Position numbers and translations under genes: made by a program | Shown here: positions 1 to 8,977 of the stretch, in pieces | How the letters are laid out: each line of letters opens with the position of its first letter | Position numbering within the stretch: position 1 is the stretch's first letter | NCBI GenBank assembly: GCA_965214605.1 | Contig: OZ243961.1 | Span: 704,001 to 768,000, forward strand | Source of the DNA: an uncultured Candidatus Binatia bacterium | GTDB lineage: Bacteria; Desulfobacterota; Binatia; Bin18 | Reading direction: 5' to 3' | Length of the DNA stretch: 64,000 bases | Notes under the pieces: model-generated | Told to the model about the DNA's origin: nothing | Database searches by the model: none | The model's input: only the letters and a program-made list of their open reading frames with translations

Positions 1-27
1 ATTGACGTGAAACAGTCTCTGCAACAT
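1..27 (-). CDS. 5' end of a gene running off the window edge (MLQRLFHVN...), possibly VOC/glyoxalase family
   Basis: ATG at 27 preceded by AAGGAGAGG RBS on the minus strand; the HVN motif resembles VOC N-termini; only 9 codons visible. Confidence 0.45.
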
Positions 28-50
28 AGCACCTCTCCTTTTACAAGCAG

Positions 51-78
51 GTAGGGGCGGTCCACAAACCGCCCCTAC
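51..78. repeat. GTAG-type REP-like palindrome (may also act as an intergenic stem-loop)
   Basis: GTAGGGGCGGT-CCACAA-ACCGCCCCTAC, a perfect 11-bp inverted repeat beginning with GTAG. Confidence 0.7.
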
Positions 79-127
79 AGCAGACGGGCAGAGCCCGCTC
101 AACAAACGAACAGCCAGCCGCTGTGGC

Positions 128-1810
128 TTAGGCCTGCCCCGAACGCAGGACCTGACCGGGCAACTCGCCGGTGTGTTGCTGGTCCTCGTACAGGACCGAG
201 CCATTCACGACAGTGTGAATCACACCCTCAGCCGGCATGACCAGTCGCCGGCCGCCGCCGGGCAGATCGGTCCGCATCTCACCCCGCTTCTTCGAACCGA
301 CCGTATTCAGATCGAAGATGGCAAAATCCGCTGCTAAGCCCTGCTCAATTTTGCCTCGGGTTGTGAGGCCATAGAAGGCCGCAGGCTCAGAGGTGATCCG
401 CCTGACGGCGTGCTCCAGGCTCATGACCTGCCGGTCGCGTACCCAGGTGCCGAGCAGATAGGTGCAGTAGCCGGCATCACACAGCATATCGACGTGGGCT
501 CCGCCGTCAGAGAGGCCGACCATTACCTGGTCATGGGTAATCAGATCAGGAATCCGGTCCTCATCAGCGTTAAACAGCTCATACGTGTATTCAAGCTGGA
601 GGTCGTCTTCGATACACAGATCCAAGAACGTATTGAGTCCGTCTTTACCGCGCTGTCTAGCGATCTCGGCCACACTCTGGCCGACGAGCGCCTGCAGCTC
701 GGGTTTGGAGGCAACATGGACAACTGCCCGTTCCCATTTACCGTTGAACACCTTGGGCGTTTCCAGCTCTTTGCGGAACTCGGCCCGGAACTTTTCATCC
801 CGATAAAACTGCATCTGCTCCTCAACTGGCCGATCAAAAGCAGGTTTCCAGCACGGCAGGTTGGCAAAAATGAACGGTTTACGCAGATCAATCTGAATGA
901 TCAGCGGCCGACACGTCACCTGCGGGATCGCCCCCCGCTTAAACAGCGGCTCGACCGCCCGCAGGGTATTCATCGCCGCTTCCGGCTTATCATCACGGTT
1001 GAGCAGCGCCAGCCAGGTCACCGGCCGGTTGCTCTCGGTCAGCAACATGTCCAGCAGGGCATAGTCAGTCTCATCGACCACCGACACGTCGTTGGTCAAC
1101 GCCAGCTCGATACTCCCTTTCCCGAGTTCGTTAAGCGCATTCGCGTAGGCTTTGAGTTCGTCCCAGTCCGCCTGCCGACACGCAATCGGCCGGCCCTTGT
1201 AACCGATGTGCTGGGCCACATTAGTCGTTGAAAAACCAAAGGCTCCAGCCGCCACGGCTTCTTTAATCAAGGCTTTGATCTGAGCCCGCTCCTCAGGAGT
1301 TGCCGCCCGTTCCATTGAATCTTCGCCCATCACCCAATGGCGGAAAGGGGTCAGCGGAGCCATGAAGCCGAGGTTGATACCGGCCCCACGTTTTTGGGCC
1401 GCGTCCATATACTCGGGAAAGGTCCTCCAGTCCCAGGTCACTCCCTTACCCAGCACCTCAAACGGAATCGCCTCAACGTTGACCAGATCCCAAGCCGCAA
1501 TCTCCTGATTCTCAGGCTTACACGGGGCTAACCCGACTCCACAGTTGCCCATCACCAGACTTGTCACGCCGTGCCAGGATGACGAGGTGATCAGGGGGTC
1601 CCAGCAGATCTGGGCGTCATAGTGGGTGTGGGGATCGACAAAGCCCGGCGCAACAATCAGGTCTGAGGCATCAAGCGTCTTCTTGGCCCCATCCGTAATC
1701 TTACCAATTGCGGCAATCTTGCCATCGGCTACCGCCACATCGGCCCGATAGCTCGGGGCCCCGGTTCCGTCGACCACGGTTCCATTTGTAATGAGTAAAT
1801 CGTACGACAT
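128..1810 (-). CDS. N-acyl-D-amino-acid deacylase family amidohydrolase
   Basis: N-terminal DLLITNGTVVDGTG, PGFVDPHTHYDAQ metal motif, GNCGVG, SDGGAH; RBS GGAGG. Confidence 0.9.
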   Translation of the reverse strand: MSYDLLITNGTVVDGTGAPSYRADVAVADGKIAAIGKITDGAKKTLDASDLIVAPGFVDPHTHYDAQICWDPLITSSSWHGVTSLVMGNCGVGLAPCKPENQEIAAWDLVNVEAIPFEVLGKGVTWDWRTFPEYMDAAQKRGAGINLGFMAPLTPFRHWVMGEDSMERAATPEERAQIKALIKEAVAAGAFGFSTTNVAQHIGYKGRPIACRQADWDELKAYANALNELGKGSIELALTNDVSVVDETDYALLDMLLTESNRPVTWLALLNRDDKPEAAMNTLRAVEPLFKRGAIPQVTCRPLIIQIDLRKPFIFANLPCWKPAFDRPVEEQMQFYRDEKFRAEFRKELETPKVFNGKWERAVVHVASKPELQALVGQSVAEIARQRGKDGLNTFLDLCIEDDLQLEYTYELFNADEDRIPDLITHDQVMVGLSDGGAHVDMLCDAGYCTYLLGTWVRDRQVMSLEHAVRRITSEPAAFYGLTTRGKIEQGLAADFAIFDLNTVGSKKRGEMRTDLPGGGRRLVMPAEGVIHTVVNGSVLYEDQQHTGELPGQVLRSGQA

Positions 1811-1829
1811 TCAGCATCCTCCTTCTTTT

Positions 1830-3119
1830 CTAAATAACGCCTTCTTTGACTAAGGCATCCTGTTCTGCCTGACTCAGGTGTAGCAACTCACCATACACAT
1901 AGTCATTGTCTTCACTATAACATGGGGCCGCCCGTTCGGTCGGGCCAGCCTGGTTGACCGTCGCGGTGTTAAAATGGAACGGCACGTCTTTGACCGGCCA
2001 GGTGCCAATCTCGCTGTGCGACAATGGAATTAACCATTCGAGATGCCTGAGCTGCGGGTCACGTTCAATCCGGTCTTGGGCGGTCTGACACACGCCCGCC
2101 GGCACTCCGGCCTGCTGCAAGTCTTCCTGCAAGACAAACGGATCTTTGTCTGTGGTCCACCTCGTCATCAGCTGATCGAGTGTATCCTGATTCACAATAC
2201 GGGCGGCCAGAGAGCTAAAACGGGGGTCTTGGGTCCACTCCGGCTGACCCATCGCTCCCACCAAAGCACGCCATTCATCTGCGCTGGTAACGGCAATGGC
2301 GATCCAGCGGTCCTCTCCGCGACAGCGGTAGGCCCCGTGCGGAGCCGCCGGGACGTTTGGCGAGCGGTTGCCGGTTCGCTGTGACGGGCGTTTGTTAATA
2401 AACGCGTCCAACAGAGCGGTTCCGGTCATATAGATACCCGGTTCGACCTGAGAGCAGTCTATGTACTGGCCCTTCCCGGTCCGCTTTTTATAGTAAATCG
2501 CACACAGCATCGTCAGTGCGCAGTAGTAGGCGCCACTCCAATCCATATACGAGTAGCCCCAGCCCGCGGGAGGATACGGGGACGGCAGCCCCGACTGTTC
2601 GGTCAGCCCGCTGACCGCTTGGGCAATGGGGCCGTAGGAGGCAAATTTCACGTAGGGACCTTTATAGCCCCAGCCCGGCTGCTGGATGTAGATAATATCC
2701 GGCTTGATCTCTCTCAGCTGCTCATAGCCGAGCCCCCATTTGCGCATCGTCTCAGCCGTAAAAGCTTCGACGACCACATCGCTAATCGCGACAATCCGTT
2801 TAAATAGCGCGCGTCCTTTAGGATGACCCATGTTCAGACTTAGGCCCTTTTTGCCCGCATTAATATCGTTAAAATAGCCACCCCGGTTGACACTCTGGAC
2901 GCTGTCTTTGCTGAGGCTACTGAGCTCCATAGCCCCAGATTCTTCCTGTTGTGTATTCTTCCTCGGAGCAAACGGAGGCATATAGCGTAAAAAATCGAGT
3001 CGATCGCGCCACTCGATACGCAAGATCTCGGCCCCGAGGCTAGCTAGCAAACGCGGACCACCGGCTCCGGCCAACAGCCAGGTCAGATCAGCCACTCGTA
3101 CGCCTTCTAAAGGTCTCAC
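1830..3119 (-). CDS. Family III CoA-transferase (CaiB/BaiF), BbsF-like subunit
   Basis: PLEGVRVADLTWLLAG, NAGKKGLSLN, SYMDWSG (catalytic Asp position), APHGAYRC; start placed at GTG 3119 behind GAGGGG. Confidence 0.88.
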   Translation of the reverse strand: MRPLEGVRVADLTWLLAGAGGPRLLASLGAEILRIEWRDRLDFLRYMPPFAPRKNTQQEESGAMELSSLSKDSVQSVNRGGYFNDINAGKKGLSLNMGHPKGRALFKRIVAISDVVVEAFTAETMRKWGLGYEQLREIKPDIIYIQQPGWGYKGPYVKFASYGPIAQAVSGLTEQSGLPSPYPPAGWGYSYMDWSGAYYCALTMLCAIYYKKRTGKGQYIDCSQVEPGIYMTGTALLDAFINKRPSQRTGNRSPNVPAAPHGAYRCRGEDRWIAIAVTSADEWRALVGAMGQPEWTQDPRFSSLAARIVNQDTLDQLMTRWTTDKDPFVLQEDLQQAGVPAGVCQTAQDRIERDPQLRHLEWLIPLSHSEIGTWPVKDVPFHFNTATVNQAGPTERAAPCYSEDNDYVYGELLHLSQAEQDALVKEGVI

Positions 3120-3138
3120 CGTCTTGTCCCCCTCGCCC

Positions 3139-4386
3139 CTAGATAATTTTTCGCTCCTTGAGCCGTGCAATCTCGTCCGCTCCCAGTCCGAGTTGACCGG
3201 CGTATACCCCATCATTATGCTCACCGATCAGTGGGGCTCGCGGTCCGGTACGCCACTCGACCTCATCCGGCAGCATAGGAGCACCAACATAGGTCACGGT
3301 CTCATCCAGCTCGGGATGGTTCACCTCACAGAAAGTTTTGCGCGTTTGCCACTGCTCGTCGTCGACATTCTCCTCGGGGGTCCGAATCGGTGACCATGGA
3401 ATACCGAGCGACTGGGCCTCACGCCAGATCTCCTCCATCCCAAACGCCGCCACGCACCCGGCCTGCACCTCGGAGAAATGCTCGGCAAACACACGGCCAC
3501 GCCGATTCGCAGGATCCTGATACGGCTCGCTCTTCAGGTCAGCGGCCTGGCCCTTCCTATCCAGAAAATCGACCAGGGTCTCGTAGCCGCCCGGAAACGG
3601 GTTGGGCAGAATGATGGAATAGCGCCCGTCCTTGGTCGGAAACTGAACGGCTGGGCCAACGGCCGGTTGGGCGTGCCGACCCGTCTGGCGATAACACGTG
3701 GTCTGAGTATAAATCCAATTTGGGACGTCGATCTCGGTACACACACTGACCGCTTGGTGGACCGCGACTTCAATCATGTCCCCGTTCCCATGTGTTTCCC
3801 GACCGATCAGAGCACCGACAATAGCAATAAAAGTCTGGTTGCCAGTGATATGGTAGGCATGCCACATCTGAGGGGCGATAGGGGGAGTGTCATAGCTGCC
3901 CTCCTCCTTGGGATCATAGCCACAACACATCATCGGCCCGCCCAACGCCAGATGCACCAGATCGTTGGCCTTATAATCGCGCCACGGACCACTGCGGCCA
4001 AAAGGGGTCACACAGGCATAGATCAGGCGAGGGTTGAGCTGCTGGAGGGCGATCCAATCCAAGCCCAGCTTTTCCAAAGTGTCGAGCGGCAGGGCGTCGA
4101 GCAGAACGTCACACTCGGCGATGAGCTTTTTGAGTAGTTCGGTCCCCTCGGGTGCATGGATATCAAGCGTGATCCCACGCTTGCCAAAGTTGTAGTGCCA
4201 GAAATACAGACTCCGGTCAGGATTTTTCTCATCATGATAGAACGGCCCTAGGGAACGGGTCGAGTTTCCATCCGGAGGCTCAATCTTCAACACATCGGCC
4301 CCGGCCCCAGCCAGCAATTTCCCGCAAAACTCGCCCTTTTCATCGGCAAGCTCCAGGACTTTCACATCAAACAGGAATCCAGGCAT
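3139..4386 (-). CDS. Family III CoA-transferase (CaiB/BaiF), BbsE-like subunit
   Basis: GEFCGKLLAGAGADVLKIEPP, YNFGKRGITLD, APLIGEHN. Confidence 0.88.
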   Translation of the reverse strand: MPGFLFDVKVLELADEKGEFCGKLLAGAGADVLKIEPPDGNSTRSLGPFYHDEKNPDRSLYFWHYNFGKRGITLDIHAPEGTELLKKLIAECDVLLDALPLDTLEKLGLDWIALQQLNPRLIYACVTPFGRSGPWRDYKANDLVHLALGGPMMCCGYDPKEEGSYDTPPIAPQMWHAYHITGNQTFIAIVGALIGRETHGNGDMIEVAVHQAVSVCTEIDVPNWIYTQTTCYRQTGRHAQPAVGPAVQFPTKDGRYSIILPNPFPGGYETLVDFLDRKGQAADLKSEPYQDPANRRGRVFAEHFSEVQAGCVAAFGMEEIWREAQSLGIPWSPIRTPEENVDDEQWQTRKTFCEVNHPELDETVTYVGAPMLPDEVEWRTGPRAPLIGEHNDGVYAGQLGLGADEIARLKERKII

Positions 4387-4441
4387 AGTACTCAGTTCCG
4401 AGGGGTGGGACAGCTGGCCCCAGACTCGTCAGTCACATGAC

Positions 4442-6106
4442 TTACATCAGCGATGTTCCTGCCGACTCACCCGCATAATTTGCAAACGGCACGGTCTGCG
4501 CTCGCGCGGTCGGCTCAGTGATGACGTTGAGGAGCGCCGGGCGGCCGTGTTCCATTTCCTTGATCGCCCGGTCTATAGCCGGACGAATATCCTGCGGATT
4601 CTCGACTAGCTCGCCGTACGCGCCCAGTCCCTGAGCAACGATATCGTAGCGCGTATGGCCGAGTTCGCGGCCGGGCACATGGATGTTGGCACGAGCCGTC
4701 CATCCACCGTTGTTACTCACCAGGACTAGGACCGGTAGTTGATGCCGCACCGCCGTATCTAACTCCATGAGATTCAATCCCAGCGAGCCGTCTCCATGCA
4801 GGACCACTACCATGCGGTCCGGAGCGGCGGCTTTCGCCCCCACCCCAAAGGGCAGCCCCACGCCCATGCAACCGTTCGGACCGGGATTGATCCGTGCCCC
4901 AGGGCTAAAGGACGGAATGGATTGCCGGGACATATTCATGATCTCATGACCATCAACGGCCAGAATCCCGTCCCGAGGAATAAAATCACGGATCTCTTTG
5001 CACAAGCGCATGGGGTGGGTCGGAGCTTGGTCAGAGTTCAGCAACGGCAACATCTTCTCCCGGTTTTCACGGTCCTTGGCACCCAGCTGTTGCACCCAGG
5101 CCGACTCACCAAACGACAGCCGTTTCTCTGTCGCCTGGGTCAACTGCTCAAAGACCGCTTTGGCATCCCCAACGATGCCTAGATCAACACTCCGTACTCG
5201 GCCGATTTCTTCATGGTTGACATCGACCTGGATAAACTTGGCGTCGGGAGAGAAACGCGGGGCCTTGCCCTGGCCGATCACAAAATTGAAGCGTGTCCCT
5301 ACCACTAGGACGACATCGGCGTTTTTAAAGGCAAAGGAGCGAGCGCCAAGCATCGACAACGGATGGTCATCCGGGACCACGCCGCGTCCCTGCGGTGTGG
5401 TGAAGAACGGAATGCCCGTGGTGTCGACAAACTGGCGCATCTGCTCACCCGCAGCAGACCAGAAGATACCGCTGCCCGTCACCAGCAACGGATTCTTGGC
5501 ACCGGCCAGCATATCCACCGCGCGTTCGATAGACGGGCCGTCGGCCGATGCAACCGACCGTTCCTGAATGGCGGGTAGCGGCCAGACCTTTTCTGGGTCA
5601 ACCTTTTGGACCAGCATATCACCCGGCATGTCTAAATAGACCGGTCCCGGCTGGCCCTGACGTGCCCGGACCATAGCCATATGGACATACTCTTTGGCCC
5701 GGCTGGCGGTATGCACCCGGGCTGCCCATTTACAGATGGGTTTAAAGATGGAGAGTTGGTCAAATTCTTGGAAATCGCCCGTGTCGTAGTAAGCCACGGC
5801 CGAAGAGCCACCCAAGCCCAGAACCGGACACGCATCAAGATAGGCATTTGAGATACCCGTCAGCAGATTGGCCGCGCCGGGTCCGCCCGCGCCCATACAG
5901 ACCCCGACCTTGCCAGTCACACGGGAGTAGGCGTGGGCCGCCATAGCGGCCGCTTGCTCGTGACGACAATCGATTAGTCGAATCCCAAGCTTTTCGGCGT
6001 GCATGGATAACAGGATATTGGGACCACCCATAATGTAGAAGATCGTATCAACTCCCTCGGCCCGGAGTCCCTCGGCCATCAGCTGGCTCCCGTCTACCTG
6101 TGCCAT
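4442..6106 (-). CDS. ThDP-dependent enzyme, oxalyl-CoA decarboxylase / 2-hydroxyacyl-CoA lyase-like
   Basis: CRHEQAAAMAA, GDFQEFDQ, GPVYLDMP, GCMGVGLP, ThDP motif GDGS...NNGGW. Confidence 0.85.
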   Translation of the reverse strand: MAQVDGSQLMAEGLRAEGVDTIFYIMGGPNILLSMHAEKLGIRLIDCRHEQAAAMAAHAYSRVTGKVGVCMGAGGPGAANLLTGISNAYLDACPVLGLGGSSAVAYYDTGDFQEFDQLSIFKPICKWAARVHTASRAKEYVHMAMVRARQGQPGPVYLDMPGDMLVQKVDPEKVWPLPAIQERSVASADGPSIERAVDMLAGAKNPLLVTGSGIFWSAAGEQMRQFVDTTGIPFFTTPQGRGVVPDDHPLSMLGARSFAFKNADVVLVVGTRFNFVIGQGKAPRFSPDAKFIQVDVNHEEIGRVRSVDLGIVGDAKAVFEQLTQATEKRLSFGESAWVQQLGAKDRENREKMLPLLNSDQAPTHPMRLCKEIRDFIPRDGILAVDGHEIMNMSRQSIPSFSPGARINPGPNGCMGVGLPFGVGAKAAAPDRMVVVLHGDGSLGLNLMELDTAVRHQLPVLVLVSNNGGWTARANIHVPGRELGHTRYDIVAQGLGAYGELVENPQDIRPAIDRAIKEMEHGRPALLNVITEPTARAQTVPFANYAGESAGTSLM

Positions 6107-6300
6107 GTGTTCCTCCTTATCGTATCCCCATCGTATCCCCAGGAATGAGGGCTCACCACGGCGAGCCCTCCCCTCCTTATTTTATCCTGGGGCTCCCCGA
6201 ACTAGCCGCGTTCTCGTGCTCCACAGCAGCTATCCAAACGAAGTGTTGATAGGTGGTGCGGCACGAACACGTACGGACATAGCTGTCTAGAGAGCGCCGT

Positions 6301-7035
6301 CTAAAGGGATACTCTCCGCAGAGCTCGGGGGAATCCGTTTGCTTCTCCGTCCAGCGTACCGACCTCATTCACTCCGGCGGTATTGCTCTTCAAAATTCCC
6401 AAAGCCAACGTTTGTAGCATCTCGAGGTAATCCTCAACTTTGGCAAAACGCTTCAAGGCCCAATGACGCACCGCCCACGACTGAGCCAGAACGAGCAAAC
6501 AGTGCGCCTTAAGATCAATGTCGCCAGCCGGAAAAGCCTTTTTCTCCACTCCATAAGCAATAATTTCCTCAAGCAGACTCTGAATACGCTCTTCTCCCTC
6601 TAGCAGGCGTCTGCGTTCGGCACTGGTCAGAGACTTCATCTCTTGGTAGCCCAAGACCACATCGCGCCGCAGCTCATCGATGAGACGCACATAGCGTTCG
6701 TAGGCGAGCAGGAATAACTGCTTGGGAGCAACCCCTTTCTCTTTGAGCCGTTCATATTCTGCTCGCTGCTCACGCAGCATGACCTCAGTCCGTTCTTGAT
6801 TGTGGGAGAACAGGAAAAACAGAATCTCTTCTTTGCTGGTGAAGTAGTTAAAAACGGAGCCAACGCTCAGGTCCGCCTTCTTGGCAATCTCTCGGACGCT
6901 GGTATTGTGGTACCCGTTACTTAAAAAGAGAGCTGCCGCCCCAGAGGCAATCCGCTCTTTGCCTTCGAGCAGGCGTTTCTCGTCTGTAACCTGGGAGGTT
7001 TGTCTTCGCTTTTTGCGTAGAACTTGACCTTTCAC
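6301..7035 (-). CDS. TetR/AcrR family transcriptional regulator
   Basis: HTH GYHNTSVREIAKKADLSVGSVFNYFTSKEEIL; C-terminal WAVRHW; RBS AAAGGA. Confidence 0.9.
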   Translation of the reverse strand: MKGQVLRKKRRQTSQVTDEKRLLEGKERIASGAAALFLSNGYHNTSVREIAKKADLSVGSVFNYFTSKEEILFFLFSHNQERTEVMLREQRAEYERLKEKGVAPKQLFLLAYERYVRLIDELRRDVVLGYQEMKSLTSAERRRLLEGEERIQSLLEEIIAYGVEKKAFPAGDIDLKAHCLLVLAQSWAVRHWALKRFAKVEDYLEMLQTLALGILKSNTAGVNEVGTLDGEANGFPRALRRVSL

Positions 7036-7164
7036 CCGCGCGTTCCTTTCCGGCTGAACTAGGCATGTGCTGAGTGAGTGTTCATTTCAAAATTTCATAC
7101 GTCAGGCAAGCGTCTTTTGTCAAGAAGACATTGAGAGGGCAAGCGCCCCTCAGCTTATTGTTTA

Positions 7165-7379
7165 GCTGCCCCCCCCCTGCACGTAGCGCGCACGCGGCGG
7201 CGGACAGCGCCGCGGCGGGCTGCCAGGCTGCCCCCCCCCTGCACGTAGCGCGCACTGGAGGTTCAATCTATTTGAAAAGAAATTCCAGCTGCCCCCCCCT
7301 GCACGTAGCGCGCACTCTGTTCAAGGGGCTTCTTCAGCAGCGGCTGAGAGAAGTGTCTGCCCTTGCACGTAGCGCGCAA
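7165..7379. CRISPR. Orphan CRISPR-like mini-array: 3 near-perfect repeats plus 1 degenerate repeat
   Basis: GCTG(C8-9)TGCACGTAGCGCGCAC at 7165-7193, 7227-7255 and 7288-7315; degenerate copy at 7357-7379; unique spacers of 33 and 32 nt; no cas genes in the window and I do not recognise the repeat family. Confidence 0.55.
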
Positions 7380-8331
7380 TCTGTTCGTGGGTGGCAAACC
7401 AGACGCCCGGCTTGTTCTTCATGTACACGATCAGTTGCTCCAGCATCTGCATCCGAGAACGATGGCCAATGACCTGGGGATGGGTGACCAGCATATACAA
7501 CGTACCCTCTTCATACGCGCCGTCAAACTCGGCGGTCCAGATCGAATACACTTCGTCTGTGGTGCGTAAGCCCACATGCTGACTGGTCCAACTGAGCTGA
7601 AAATATGGCCAGTCATCCAGAATCCACTCAACCGGTAACTCGACCAACCCTGACTCTTGTCCGTCAGACATGAGGCTGTACGGACGATCATCCGCCATCA
7701 TACTGCTGTCGTACAAAAAGCCCATTTCTTTGACGATCTTGATCGTTGCCGGGGTCAGGTCCCAGGCCGCGGACCGAAAGCCAACCGGCCTCTTCCCCAC
7801 CGTTTGAATAAAAATATCCATTGCCTTTGCATACACCTCACGCTCTTGGTCTTCGGTCAGGCTCAGCGGGCTCTCATGGATATAGGAGTGAAAGCCAATC
7901 TCGTGCTGGGGGCGATCAATGATGGTCTGCACCGCCTCAGGGTGGAGTATCATAGACGCCGCGGGGATGAAGAACGTGGCTGGAATGGCGTGCTTGTCGA
8001 GCAGTTTCATGATACGCGGCAGCCCGGCCCGTGCCCCATACTCGCCACGCGACATATACGATGGACTGTGGTTGCCCTGAAAGCCGAGCCACACCGGCTC
8101 AGTGTCAAAGTCAAACGAGAGACTAACCGCCACTTTTGCGCCCCCAGGCCATTGTTTGGGAGTCAGGTCCTTGCCACTGCGGACGGTCCTCACATGGGCT
8201 TTCATCTCTTCAGGCGTCCACTGCCAGATCGGCTTGTCCTGCCCGGCCCTGAGGGCAGAGGCCGAACAGATAACACAGCTCACCAGTACACAAACGGTCT
8301 TTATCGTGTTCGGCCACAGGTTCGGCATCAC
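7321..8331 (-). CDS. Exported polysaccharide deacetylase (CE4, PuuE/PgdA-like)
   Basis: WPGGAKVAVSLSFDFD, HEIGFHSYIHE, GFRSAAW, YDSSMMADD, HPQVIG, WFATH; signal-peptide-like N-terminus. Confidence 0.88.
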   Translation of the reverse strand: MMPNLWPNTIKTVCVLVSCVICSASALRAGQDKPIWQWTPEEMKAHVRTVRSGKDLTPKQWPGGAKVAVSLSFDFDTEPVWLGFQGNHSPSYMSRGEYGARAGLPRIMKLLDKHAIPATFFIPAASMILHPEAVQTIIDRPQHEIGFHSYIHESPLSLTEDQEREVYAKAMDIFIQTVGKRPVGFRSAAWDLTPATIKIVKEMGFLYDSSMMADDRPYSLMSDGQESGLVELPVEWILDDWPYFQLSWTSQHVGLRTTDEVYSIWTAEFDGAYEEGTLYMLVTHPQVIGHRSRMQMLEQLIVYMKNKPGVWFATHEQIARYVQGQTLLSAAAEEAP

Positions 8332-8977
8332 ATCTTCTCCTCAATACAGACAGGCTTGTTGCTCCATAGCAGATTTCAGCGGCTCTCAGGAAGGGCGTCC
8401 AATTCCATGCCCCCCTCTCCCTCTCCTTATCAATTCAAGAGAATGGTATAAGGTTCCTCGGATTGTTGCCCCACTCAAGCGGCAGACCAATTGGGGAGAC
8501 TTGGCACTATGGAAGTCACTTTGGAGGCTATCCATACTACCCGAGATCACTCTTCAGGAAGGAATCGACAGAGCAGCAGTCCAAAAACATGAAGCGCGTG
8601 GGGATTTACGAAAATCACTCTCTGCAGACGACGCCAGTAGCCTGCCTACTCAGACCCAAAAGCTGAGAACGGACTACAAAAAAATGCGGAGACTATGGCT
8701 GAGAATAACTAGACGGCTCTTGTCGAAGCTCCTGGACAGGTCACACGACTCTTGCCGCCTACCGTCTCCTACTCCACGTTCATTCCAAGCATGGCCCTAC
8801 CCCGGCCGAGAGCTCAGAGAATCTCGCTACTCTCTTGCGTCCTGTGCCCCTCCGAACACAACCCTCTCACGGGCGTGTGGAACCATCTGAGGTGGACCAC
8901 CTTGAATCCTTGGAACGAGAGGCGCCTAGGTCGGCAAGTCGTCAGCCTCATGGACCGCACTCGTACACAGAAATCCA

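Noticed and set aside
410-1231. Long antisense ORFs (also 15995-16864, 38729-39475 and 47902-48759)
   Set aside because: Typical shadow ORFs opposite well-supported genes in GC-rich DNA.
6119-6140. 11-bp tandem duplication ATCGTATCCCC x2 upstream of the ThDP enzyme RBS
   Set aside because: Present, but most simply a replication-slippage duplication; too short to support a function.
7074-7472. 132-aa plus-strand ORF with repeated PPLHVAR
   Set aside because: It is the translation of the mini-array and overlaps the deacetylase antisense; no RBS or domain.
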